In this document: positions 55,430-64,000 of the stretch, piece after piece | How the letters are laid out: each line of letters starts with the position of its first letter | How positions within the stretch are numbered: position 1 is the first letter of the stretch | Origin: Candidatus Bathyarchaeota archaeon | GTDB taxonomy: Archaea; Thermoproteota; Bathyarchaeia; Bathyarchaeales; DTEX01 | Length of the DNA: 64,000 nt | Reading direction: 5' to 3' | NCBI GenBank assembly: GCA_963714275.1 | Contig: CAVQNT010000005.1 | Coordinates: 32,001 to 96,000, forward strand | Program-made: the position numbers and the translations under genes | Notes under the pieces: generated by a model | Databases searched by the model: none | What the model was told of the DNA's origin: nothing | Seen by the model: only the letters and a program-made list of their open reading frames with translations

Positions 55430-55522
55430 TTATTGTTGTGTCTTCGAAGGTTTCTCTTTACGCTTTTTTCTTTTTTCTTTCCTTTCCTTCTTAGTCATTG
55501 GTTTTTTCTTAGTACCACTCAT
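55430..55522 (-). CDS. Putative very basic micro-protein (30 aa)
   Basis: MSGTKKKPMTKKERKEKRKKRKEKPSKTQQ*. Confidence 0.4.
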   Translation of the reverse strand: MSGTKKKPMTKKERKEKRKKRKEKPSKTQQ

Positions 55523-55950
55523 ACCCAATTCAATCGCCACATACAATTAGCCGGCATAGATAATAAATGAATCTATCATCTCCATGGTTGTGTCACAAAA
55601 ATTCCAGATTTTACTGTTAAAGAACATCATATGTAAATGTATTCGCTTTTGGCTAGGTCTCTGTTCCGCTCTTCTATATGTAAGGCTAGAATTTTGGATA
55701 TCCCCACATACTAAATCATGCTTTGTATGCGCGTGCTAAGATGGAACTAAATGGAAGGGATTCTTGGAATCCACGTTTCACGTTCACCTCTAAGAAACTT
55801 TACGAATAAGAGAGCTTCTTCGTTAATCAAGGTCTCAATAGTCTGTTTGTTTCCTACTCTTATTCATGGAATTTCAACAATAGCCATCTCTAGAAAAAAA
55901 GTATCATCTAACTCTACTGTTCCTAAAATTTCTTAACAACACAAACTTAT

Positions 55951-56481
55951 CTAACTAATTTTCTGTAAAGCAATTTGTTGCCAAAACTCTAGAGAGTGTT
56001 CTATATTAAGAAATTCCACTCCTTTGCCATCTACATTAACATTTACAAGTTTTGCCCATTTCAGTCCTCCAAATCCATAAAAGAAGTGCCATTTGGCAGC
56101 ACATTTTGAACAAATAATGTAATCTTTTCCACCAAAAGAAAACTTTGGTGTTAATGATCCTTTAGCATAACATAGAGGGCAATATTGAAAGTATAAACTA
56201 ATTTCGCGTTGAGCATTATGTAATATATGTTCAGTCAAATATTCTTCTTTTTTTGCCACCGTTCCGTACATAGTCAAACCCAAGCCTAATACTGCTAAGA
56301 TGATTCCAAAGAAGGCCATTAAGATGTCGAACATATACTCCTTTTGTGTAGATGCAGAGAAAAATCTCGCAAGTTGCCAAGTAAATGTCTGGTAGTCACC
56401 CATAACAGTATATCCGTATAAAATCATGAATCCCCCAATCATCAAAACAGCAATGCCCAAAATGAGATAATTCTCTTTCAT
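55951..56481 (-). CDS. Hypothetical membrane protein with two TM helices and a CxxC..CxxC domain
   Basis: GGAGG ribosome-binding site, two hydrophobic helices, CPLC and CSKC. Confidence 0.65.
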   Translation of the reverse strand: MKENYLILGIAVLMIGGFMILYGYTVMGDYQTFTWQLARFFSASTQKEYMFDILMAFFGIILAVLGLGLTMYGTVAKKEEYLTEHILHNAQREISLYFQYCPLCYAKGSLTPKFSFGGKDYIICSKCAAKWHFFYGFGGLKWAKLVNVNVDGKGVEFLNIEHSLEFWQQIALQKIS

Positions 56482-56942
56482 TTTTCATCCTCCGCACACA
56501 GCCTAAGAAATAAAGTGTGCTTCTCTCCAACATCTCATATTATATTTTGTTCACATAATTGATTTTTGGAACTTCTTATAAACTAAATTAAGTCAAATTA
56601 AATAGATTATTAATTAACTATTGAACTCTGTTCGTGGTACTTACTACTAAGTAATCCATTTCAATGAGAACTAAATGGTTGATTTGATGGAAATTGCGAT
56701 TTCGATAATGGCTAAATCTCTCTGTTAAGGGTCAACAGAAATGTAATTTCCGTTCTGAAGTACACATTCGCCTATTTCTTTTTGAAAATGTTGATAATGT
56801 TTAACATTCCCTAGTCACTAAATAATTTTTGCTTTGTAGATTCATTAAAATTTTTCTGTATTTCTTTGTATTCTAGGCGTGGTGTTGGCTTATGGATTGG
56901 GATTCGGAGATCAAAAAATCATTTCATTTAGCTTAGAAATTC

Positions 56943-57124
56943 TATAACTGAAAGCAGACTTTTTTCAAGACTGCTTTTTTCATTATCCTTCTCTATCTCT
57001 GTTCTGGATGTCTGCCGTAGAGGATTATATTCACCAATGAACTCAGGCTTGTTAATCCATTCTGCAAAAAGAGAAAGTCCTCCTTCTCCATAACCCTCAG
57101 GTTCACATTTTTACCTTCAAGCAA
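56943..57124 (-). pseudogene. N-terminal fragment of a RimJ/RimL-type GNAT acetyltransferase
   Basis: MLEGKNVNLRVMEKED..AEWINKPEFIGEYNPLRQ, frameshifted and truncated. Confidence 0.55.
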
Positions 57125-57283
57125 TTATACCACCATACGTTCTTCTATCAGTTTCAGTTCTTATGATTTTTGCGCCTTGTTTTATGTGCTTGTATATGAT
57201 TTTTGACAGCCATATCTATGTAAGTGACGAGGAATAGCCATACAAAATAGCTTGCTAGTGATATTTTACGGTTGTAGGCTGGC

Positions 57284-57673
57284 TTATTTTCTTTCAATCA
57301 ATTCGATGAGTGTTCCATCTGGATCCTCGACAAAGGCTATCAATGAACCATGCGGACTAAGCCTGAAAGGTTCATCCGTGATCGTGACTCCTTCTTTCCG
57401 CATCACCGAGATAGTCTTTTCCATCTCTTTAACTTCGAAGGCGAGATGATCAAAAACCCTGTCCTCGTATTCCGCTTGAATAAACTTCTTCTGGTCTCTG
57501 TAGAGGGTTAACTCCAACTTTGCTCCTTTCCCTTCGGGATCTTGAAGAAATGCGATTTCAGCGTTATTCTTGGCAATCTCGTGCCGGTTCAGAAGTTTTA
57601 GTCCTAGTAATCTCGTATAGAAATCAATCGACTTTTCCATGTTGCTTGTCCGAATACTGGCATGAGTAAACAT
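57284..57673 (-). CDS. VOC family protein (lactoylglutathione lyase-like)
   Basis: FTHASIR..SIDFYT.LLGL, LEL, FDHLAF, FVEDPDGTLIEL. Confidence 0.9.
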   Translation of the reverse strand: MFTHASIRTSNMEKSIDFYTRLLGLKLLNRHEIAKNNAEIAFLQDPEGKGAKLELTLYRDQKKFIQAEYEDRVFDHLAFEVKEMEKTISVMRKEGVTITDEPFRLSPHGSLIAFVEDPDGTLIELIERK

Positions 57674-58000
57674 ATTTTCACCTAATTCTTTATCACTTTC
57701 ATCACATATAGGGATTAGGTAGAATATTAATATCGATTATCATGATTATTTTTAAATTTAATATTTGAAGAGACTTTAGTTGATTATTGATTCTCATGTC
57801 GGTCCGAGCTCCTCTAAAGCCTTTAGGAAATATGTCGAGATTATGGACACATTTGGTGGGATTTGATTTTAATTTTTTGGGTTTGGTTTAGGGGTTAAAA
57901 TTTAACACTTTTTCACTTCCATATTGGAAATTATATCCCCCAAATAAATGATATCGCATAATAACAATTATTATTGCCTTCTAAAGCACTATTATATAAT

Positions 58001-58594
58001 ATGAACAATAACGAATTACCCCCTGGACAACACAAAATCAACGCCCTTCTAAGATGGAACATAGACCATCCTGGAATCGTGTACCAAAACCCTAAGTTTG
58101 ACCCGAAAACATGGATCCTAACAATTAATGGAGAAGTAGAGAATCCAGTAGAACTAAGCTGGCTTGAATTTCAAAAGCTTCCAGCAATCGAGTCCATGAG
58201 CGATTTCCATTGCGTAGAAGGATGGAGCATCAAAAACTTAACGTGGTATGGCGTCCTATTTAAAACATTAATCGCGATCGTGAAACCTACTATGGATGGA
58301 AAATTTGTCATCTTTCAATGTTCAGATGGGTACACAACATCTCTCAACCGCGAAGACCTTTTCAAAAACAATGTTCTGTTGGCTTACAAACTCAACGGAC
58401 AATTTTTAGAAATCCCAATTGGCGGTCCTTTAAGACTGATCGTGCCAGACAAATATGCTTACAAAAGTGCTATGTGGGTTGAGAAGATAACCTTCGCTAA
58501 GAAAAAAGAGCTCGGATTCTGGGAAAAAAAAGGATACAGCGACACCGCGGAAGTCTGGAAAAATGACCGGTTTGCTGAAAGGAAGGTTCTTTAG
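58001..58594 (+). CDS. Molybdopterin-dependent oxidoreductase (sulfite oxidase family)
   Basis: LPPGQ, DFHCVEGWS, GGPLRLIVP..YAYKSAMWV, GFWE..GY. Confidence 0.9.
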   Translation: MNNNELPPGQHKINALLRWNIDHPGIVYQNPKFDPKTWILTINGEVENPVELSWLEFQKLPAIESMSDFHCVEGWSIKNLTWYGVLFKTLIAIVKPTMDGKFVIFQCSDGYTTSLNREDLFKNNVLLAYKLNGQFLEIPIGGPLRLIVPDKYAYKSAMWVEKITFAKKKELGFWEKKGYSDTAEVWKNDRFAERKVL

Positions 58595-58918
58595 GACAAT
58601 GACCTTCCTTTATAGATAGGAGGCGTAAACACTAAAAAATCGCAGATAAGACATATTCTACAGAAGATAAGGCTAAAAAAAAATTTAACGCCAGTAGTGT
58701 GTAGAATACTTTTCCTTTGTCATTTAGGTCTTCTTTTTTTCAGTTATGAAACCTTCCATAATACTTCCATAACAGAAAAAGCGTTGCAACTACGAAAGCT
58801 ATCTCACTATACTTGAATATCCTTACGATAAAATATCACTTTTTCAAAATTTTGTTGCTTGCTGAGACCTTTTTTATATCGCAACATTTTTAGCATTGTT
58901 AAATGTCAAAACATCTAC

Positions 58919-61468
58919 ATGGCTTACTGGGCGAAGACATCTGAGGAGACGATTAAAGAGTTCTCTTCATCCGAGAACGGCCTTGACGAGAAGGAAGCCG
59001 GCGAAAGGCTGAAGAAATACGGCCTTAACGATATTCCTATTAGGAAAAAGAAGTCCGCTCTTAGCTTACTCTTCTCACAAATCAAGGACCTGTTAATCAT
59101 CACGCTGATAATCGCGTCACTTATTTCTCTTTTTACTGGGGGAACAAACGAGGCAGCAGCAATTCTCGCCATAGTTATCATAAACATCTCAGTAGGATTC
59201 ATCCAAGAGTATAAATCGGAAAAATCTCTGCAAAAGCTGATCAAATACATAAAGTACGAGGCGAAGGTTCTAAGAAACGGTGAAGTCACCGAAATTGAAA
59301 CAAGGTACATCGTGCCTGGCGACATAGTTCTTCTAGAGACCGGAGATAGGGTTCCTGCTGACCTTCGCCTTATAGAAGCGGATGAGCTCAGACATCGATC
59401 AATCCATAGTCACAGGAGAATCGTATCCCGCGCATAAGAGTTCGTCCCCCCTCAAAACTGAAGCTTCAGCGCCTCAGAATATGGAGAACATGGCTTTCAT
59501 GGGAACCCTAGCCGTAAACGGCAAGGGAAGGGGAGTCGTAGTGGCCACTGCGATGAAAAGCACCTTTGGGAAGGTAGTAGGTCTTCTGAAAACAGAGGAA
59601 CCAGAGACAAACTACCAGAGGAACATAAGGAAATTTGGAAGCCTTCTGATAAAAGGAATAACTATTGGAATAGTATTCATATTCATAGTGAATGCGATAA
59701 CAGGATTTCTGTCGAATTCTTTAACAGCAGAGAGAATCCTTGACTCGGCTCTCTTCTCTTTGGCTCTAGCTGTCGGCATAATACCGGAATCGTTGCCCAT
59801 AATCATCACAATTGGGCTTTCTAGAGGAGCCACACTGATGGGCAAAAAGGGGGTTATTGTCAAGAAGTTGAGCACCATAGAAGACTTAGGGAATATGGAT
59901 ATTTTCTGTTCAGACAAAACAGGGACTCTAACTGAGAACACGATTTCTTTAATCGATTACGTTAATCTGAACGGTGATAAAGATGATGAAATGCTACAGC
60001 TCGCGTCCTACTGTACATCAGTTGTACAAACAACGAAAACGATGACTGGCAATCCGTTGGACGTTGCCTTAATGCAATATATCAAAGGAAAAGGCATTCA
60101 GAACCAGTTCGATGAGCGTGTTGAACTTATCCCATTTAATTATTCCAGAAGAAGGATGAGTGCAGTTGTCAAGAGAAACGGCAAGCCGTTGCTTGTCTGC
60201 AAAGGGGCTCCGGAAAGCGTAATCAAAGCATCAACAAAGATGAAAATGAAAGGAAGAATCGTCAAAATTGATCAGGCTAAGGTTCAAGAAGCCTCTGAAA
60301 CACTGTTCAGAAAAGGCATTCGAGTTATCGGTGTCGCAGTAAAGGATGTTGCAGAGAAGCTAGACTACAATGAAGACGAAGAGAACAACATGACCTTTCT
60401 TGGATTTCTATGCTTCAAGGATCCCTTGAAAGCGACAGCCAAAGAATCCATAAACCAGTTCCGTGAGCTTGGTGTACAGGTCAAAATTCTAACCGGAGAC
60501 AACCCAATCGTCACAAAAACCATCGTTGAAGAAGTAGGCATCGACGCAGAAGAAATATTGTTAGGAGAAGACGTTGATGCAATGGACGATGTACAGCTTG
60601 AAGAGAGCTGCGGAGAATACAAACGTTTTTGCAAGATTGACCCCTGAACACAAGGCAAGGATCGTGTCTCTTCTCAGCAAGCATGGGCATGTGACAGGCT
60701 TCCTGGGAGACGGCGTTAATGATGCTCCAGCATTAAGATATGCTGACGTAGGGATTTCTGTTGATGGTGGTGTAGATATTGCTAAAGAAGCAGCTGACAT
60801 AATATTGACCCAACCAAGTTTAGACATTATTTCTGGAGGAATTATTGAGGGCAGAATCACCTTCAGTAATACGACGAAGTACATTCTGAATACGATATCT
60901 GCCAACGTGGGAAACATGGCAACGCTTGCAATAATTTCGGTCATACTGGACTTCCTGCCTATGCTCCCCATTCAGGTGCTTCTAACGAACTTGATCAGCG
61001 ACGGACCTTTACTTTCAATCTCAACGGATAAGGTCGATGAAGAAGAGCTGAATCAAACCTAGAAACTGGAATATTAATCTGATAAGTAGTTTCGCCAAGT
61101 TCTTTGGTGGAATAAGTTCTGTCTTTGATTTCATAACTATAATCCTAACATTATTTCTAGTCGGGTCCAACATTGCCTTGTTTAGGACTTGCTGGTTTAT
61201 CGAGTCGACATTATCAGAGATCATAGTCACTTTCGCAATAAGAACAAAAATGAGATTTTACAGGAGTAGACCAAGCAAAATTCTCATTTTATCATCAGTG
61301 GTATTCGGTCTTCTGACAGTCCTATTACCATACTCACAGTTCAATACCGTCTTTGAATTCTTTCCACCGACTCCATTTCTCCTATCAATTATCTTTAGTA
61401 TATTACTGCTTTACTTTGTAGTGGTTGAATTGGTGAAGCACTTCTTCCACAAGAAGATTCATTTATGA
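58919..61468 (+). CDS. P-type ATPase, probably Mg2+-translocating (MgtA-like); about three frameshifts
   Basis: TGES, IPESLP, CSDKTGTLT, KGAPE, TGD, GDGVNDAPAL, SANVGNM, FLPMLPIQVL, WFIES. Confidence 0.88.
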
Positions 61469-61609
61469 AGTTAGCTAGTTCGAAACATAATTCTTGAAAA
61501 ACACCTCATTCAGCACCACGTATCTAAACCGAGAGAGGAAGAGATTTCCTTCAAAAGTTAGCTATAGCTAGCTAAAAAAAGGGGGATTTTCGGGAGATAT
61601 CACCAAAGA

Positions 61610-61637
61610 CCAGAAGGTTCGAATCCCACCCCCGGTA
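61610..61637 (+). repeat. Degenerate copy of the tRNA-Met 3' end (candidate attR)
   Basis: CCAGAAG-GTTCGAATCCCACCCCCGGTA versus tRNA CCAGAAG(TCGCGG)GTTCGAATCCCGCCTCCGGCA. Confidence 0.65.
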
Positions 61638-61770
61638 TTATGATAGTATTTTTTAAAGTAAATTCAATGTATTGCTTAGGATAGAAGAAGTGAAGGACTC
61701 TGAATGGTTTATATGACATTAAATTTTCGATGTTAAGTTTTCGATGTTGAGTGGTTAGCTGACTTAGATG

Positions 61771-63255
61771 CTATTTTTTACCTCGACCTCTCATGAAAAT
61801 AAAAGCCACGATTACGCCTATTCCAGCAGCTGCAGCTCCTATGACAACGTACATTATTGGGAATCCTTCTCCAAGAGGAGTCAACGTCACGTCAACAACC
61901 ATATCCACTGTTTGAACGCTGGGTATCTGGACTCCGTTATACACGAGTCCTTGATAAGGCGGTGTGCCTGGCCAATTCAGTGTCTCAACGACCACGTTCT
62001 TGTTTGCCCTTATAATGTGTGTTCCAGGTGAAGACAGCGAATAGTAGGTGTCAGCTTGGATGGTCCAGTTTAACGTCCAGTCTAACGTGATATCCGTGTC
62101 CTCGGACGCGAAAATGTAGGCTTCAACAGATGAATCGGCGGGAAGATAGAATGGAGTGTCTTCATTAGGCTTAACACCTAAGTATGCAACACCTGACCCG
62201 TAAGCATCAAAAGTTCCATTGTGCCCCTGTGAATTAGCAATTGAGCCGTTATGGAGATATTCAAGTGTGACTGGCTTGTCGCTTTGTACGACGATTGCGT
62301 TTGCTGAAGGCTTAAAGCTGACCCCACTGCCTGCTTGTATGTTTGTTGTCAGTATTTGTTGTTTGGTTTCAATATTCAAAACCGTGATCTTCGCGTCCTG
62401 GGCAGCTGACGCTCTAAACCCGTAGTGTTCAATAGGGTCCCAGCTAGGTTGAGACCACGAATAGAAAGTATTGCCTACAAACCCTCCTTCAGCAGAAGGC
62501 AAAAAGAACGAACGAGCATCTCCCCAAATATCCACAGGTCTTCCTGACTGGATCATAATGTAACCCGTGGAAACAATCTTGTATGTAAAGAAAGGTTGCC
62601 ACAACATCTCTTTCCACGTGTTCACTGGAATCTTGTATTGTTGTTGTATACTGTCATTTCTTGTCTCAGTAACCTCAGCATTCTCCAAAGCAAAGATTGC
62701 GTATCCTACGGTGTAACCGTTTCCAGATCCTAACAAGATAAACTCTTTCCCAACGTAAGTTCCGCTAGTGGACTGATAAAACGAATCGGGTAAAGGTCCA
62801 GAAGTTGCGTTGCCAGCGGGAACTGACTCATAATTAAGGAGATAAACGCTTGCTAACTTGTCTGTTTCAACTCTAAAAAAGGTTCCATTCTTGAAGACAG
62901 CGTAATATTTCTGCATGCTGTTTATTGTGGCTGTAACCAGTGAGCCATTATCCATACTGTAGACTTTTACGTGAGTGCCATCTACTATACCCACAACTGC
63001 CACCAACCCAGCTTTCACTATATTCGCTGTCCCCGTCGAATTTGTGTCTAACCTCCAGTCTGAATTAACATTACTTCCGTCAGTCAAATTGTACTGATAC
63101 ATTTTTGCTGGAACATAACCGAAATAATCGTATTTTTCCTGCGCATACACCTCATGGACATTTGTGAGGAAGAAAAAAAGAGAAAAATTACATACCAAGA
63201 GGATTATGATTGCTGTCGTGGAAAATTCCTTCATGATATTAGTTTTTACTTTCAT
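61771..63255 (-). CDS. Secreted, C-terminally anchored beta-rich surface protein
   Basis: Signal peptide, beta-rich body, C-terminal TM helix and RGRGKK tail. Confidence 0.75.
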   Translation of the reverse strand: MKVKTNIMKEFSTTAIIILLVCNFSLFFFLTNVHEVYAQEKYDYFGYVPAKMYQYNLTDGSNVNSDWRLDTNSTGTANIVKAGLVAVVGIVDGTHVKVYSMDNGSLVTATINSMQKYYAVFKNGTFFRVETDKLASVYLLNYESVPAGNATSGPLPDSFYQSTSGTYVGKEFILLGSGNGYTVGYAIFALENAEVTETRNDSIQQQYKIPVNTWKEMLWQPFFTYKIVSTGYIMIQSGRPVDIWGDARSFFLPSAEGGFVGNTFYSWSQPSWDPIEHYGFRASAAQDAKITVLNIETKQQILTTNIQAGSGVSFKPSANAIVVQSDKPVTLEYLHNGSIANSQGHNGTFDAYGSGVAYLGVKPNEDTPFYLPADSSVEAYIFASEDTDITLDWTLNWTIQADTYYSLSSPGTHIIRANKNVVVETLNWPGTPPYQGLVYNGVQIPSVQTVDMVVDVTLTPLGEGFPIMYVVIGAAAAGIGVIVAFIFMRGRGKK

Positions 63256-63554
63256 CTCTGATTCCTTCTTATTGGATAAGTCTAAGATAATTGTTAGCCA
63301 TTATGTCTATAAAAAATTTTTGTAAACAACGCTGTTTTTTAATATATCTATTAACAATTTATGAATGGGCAAAAAAGGGTAATAACCGTTCAACAAGATG
63401 AATTCCAAAAAGCGTTACAAAAGATTCGGCTTCAAAATGTTTCCTCGTATGAACCTTCCATAAAAAATAGGAGGTCAAACGTGCACAAATCCTTCTTGCC
63501 AATAATAAATATTATATTCTTAGAAAAAAGCCCTTTATTTTTTGTGAATCTACG

Positions 63555-64000
63555 TTATTTTTTGCCTCGGTTTCTTAAGAATAGCAACGCTGCGATTCCG
63601 CTAATAGCGGTGGCTGCAACCCCTATAACCACGTACGTAATTGGGAAGCTTTCTCCCAACGGAGTCAAAATTACATCTGGAACTACGTCAACTGCCTGAA
63701 TGCTGGGAATTTGGACTCCCTCATATTGTAATCCTTGATACTCCGGTTCGAAGGGCCAGTTCAAAATTTCGATAACCAGTTTCCTGTTTGCTTGTATTAT
63801 ATGTGTTCCTGGCTGAGTTATCAAATAGTAAGAGTTTGCTTTTATAGTCCAAGGTTTGTCATCCAAAGTGACTTCTGTCTCTTCGGATGCGAAAATGTAG
63901 GCTTCCACATACGAATTGACGGGAAGATAGAATGGAGTATCCTCGCCAGGTTTTACGCCGATGTATGCCACACCAGACCCATATGCACTGTACATTCCGG
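63555..64000 (-). CDS. Paralog of the 61771-63255 surface protein (5' end lies outside the window)
   Basis: AYGSGVAY.GVKP.EDTPFYLP..S.VEAYIFASE and other long stretches shared with the downstream gene. Confidence 0.8.
   Translation of the reverse strand, partial: GMYSAYGSGVAYIGVKPGEDTPFYLPVNSYVEAYIFASEETEVTLDDKPWTIKANSYYLITQPGTHIIQANRKLVIEILNWPFEPEYQGLQYEGVQIPSIQAVDVVPDVILTPLGESFPITYVVIGVAATAISGIAALLFLRNRGKK

Larger units (their letters stand above)
49431..61637. mobile_element. Decayed integrative element/genomic island at the tRNA-Met 3' end
   Basis: Integrase remnant next to the tRNA, degenerate tRNA 3' copy at 61610-61637, AT-rich spacers, gene fragments and accessory cargo. Confidence 0.6.

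Noticed and set aside
57915-57980. ORB or dif-like site (TTCCATATTGGAA; CGCATAA-N6-TTAT)
   Set aside because: Spacing and arms do not match ORB or Xer consensus; more likely ordinary promoter DNA
2398-61468. Mass pseudogenisation or programmed frameshifting in the many split genes
   Set aside because: Breaks hit essential genes, are single-base indels at AGCT or homopolymers, and show no other decay; sequencing error explains them best

Overview
Archaeal chromosomal window from a TACK-type lineage. Gene content and style point to Ca. Bathyarchaeia, but this is an inference. Core genes: a replication cluster (GINS23-MCM-Hel308 divergent from DUF99-toprim-DnaG), a partial ribosomal protein operon (uL22 to uL18), aIF5B, an acetate/CoA cluster, ftsZ, trpB2, glmS, pcm, rpiA, cutA and two intron-containing tRNAs (Gly-CCC and Met-CAT). 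Catabolic genes include GH127, GH1, an AGE epimerase and an aldehyde:ferredoxin oxidoreductase. A decayed ~12 kb island sits at tRNA-Met, with an integrase remnant and a degenerate att copy. Main finding: pcm (protein-L-isoaspartate O-methyltransferase) is interrupted inside its active-site SAPHM motif by a 30-nt insert that carries stop codons. The insert folds into a canonical bulge-helix-bulge, and cutting at the predicted sites restores the motif exactly, so it is a candidate archaeal mRNA intron spliced by the tRNA endonuclease. Second finding: about 30 apparent frameshifts, including several in essential genes, fall on or next to AGCT. These look like long-read errors at a modified motif rather than pseudogenes, and AGCT also clusters in intergenic tracts. 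All calls are by eye; no database searches were run.
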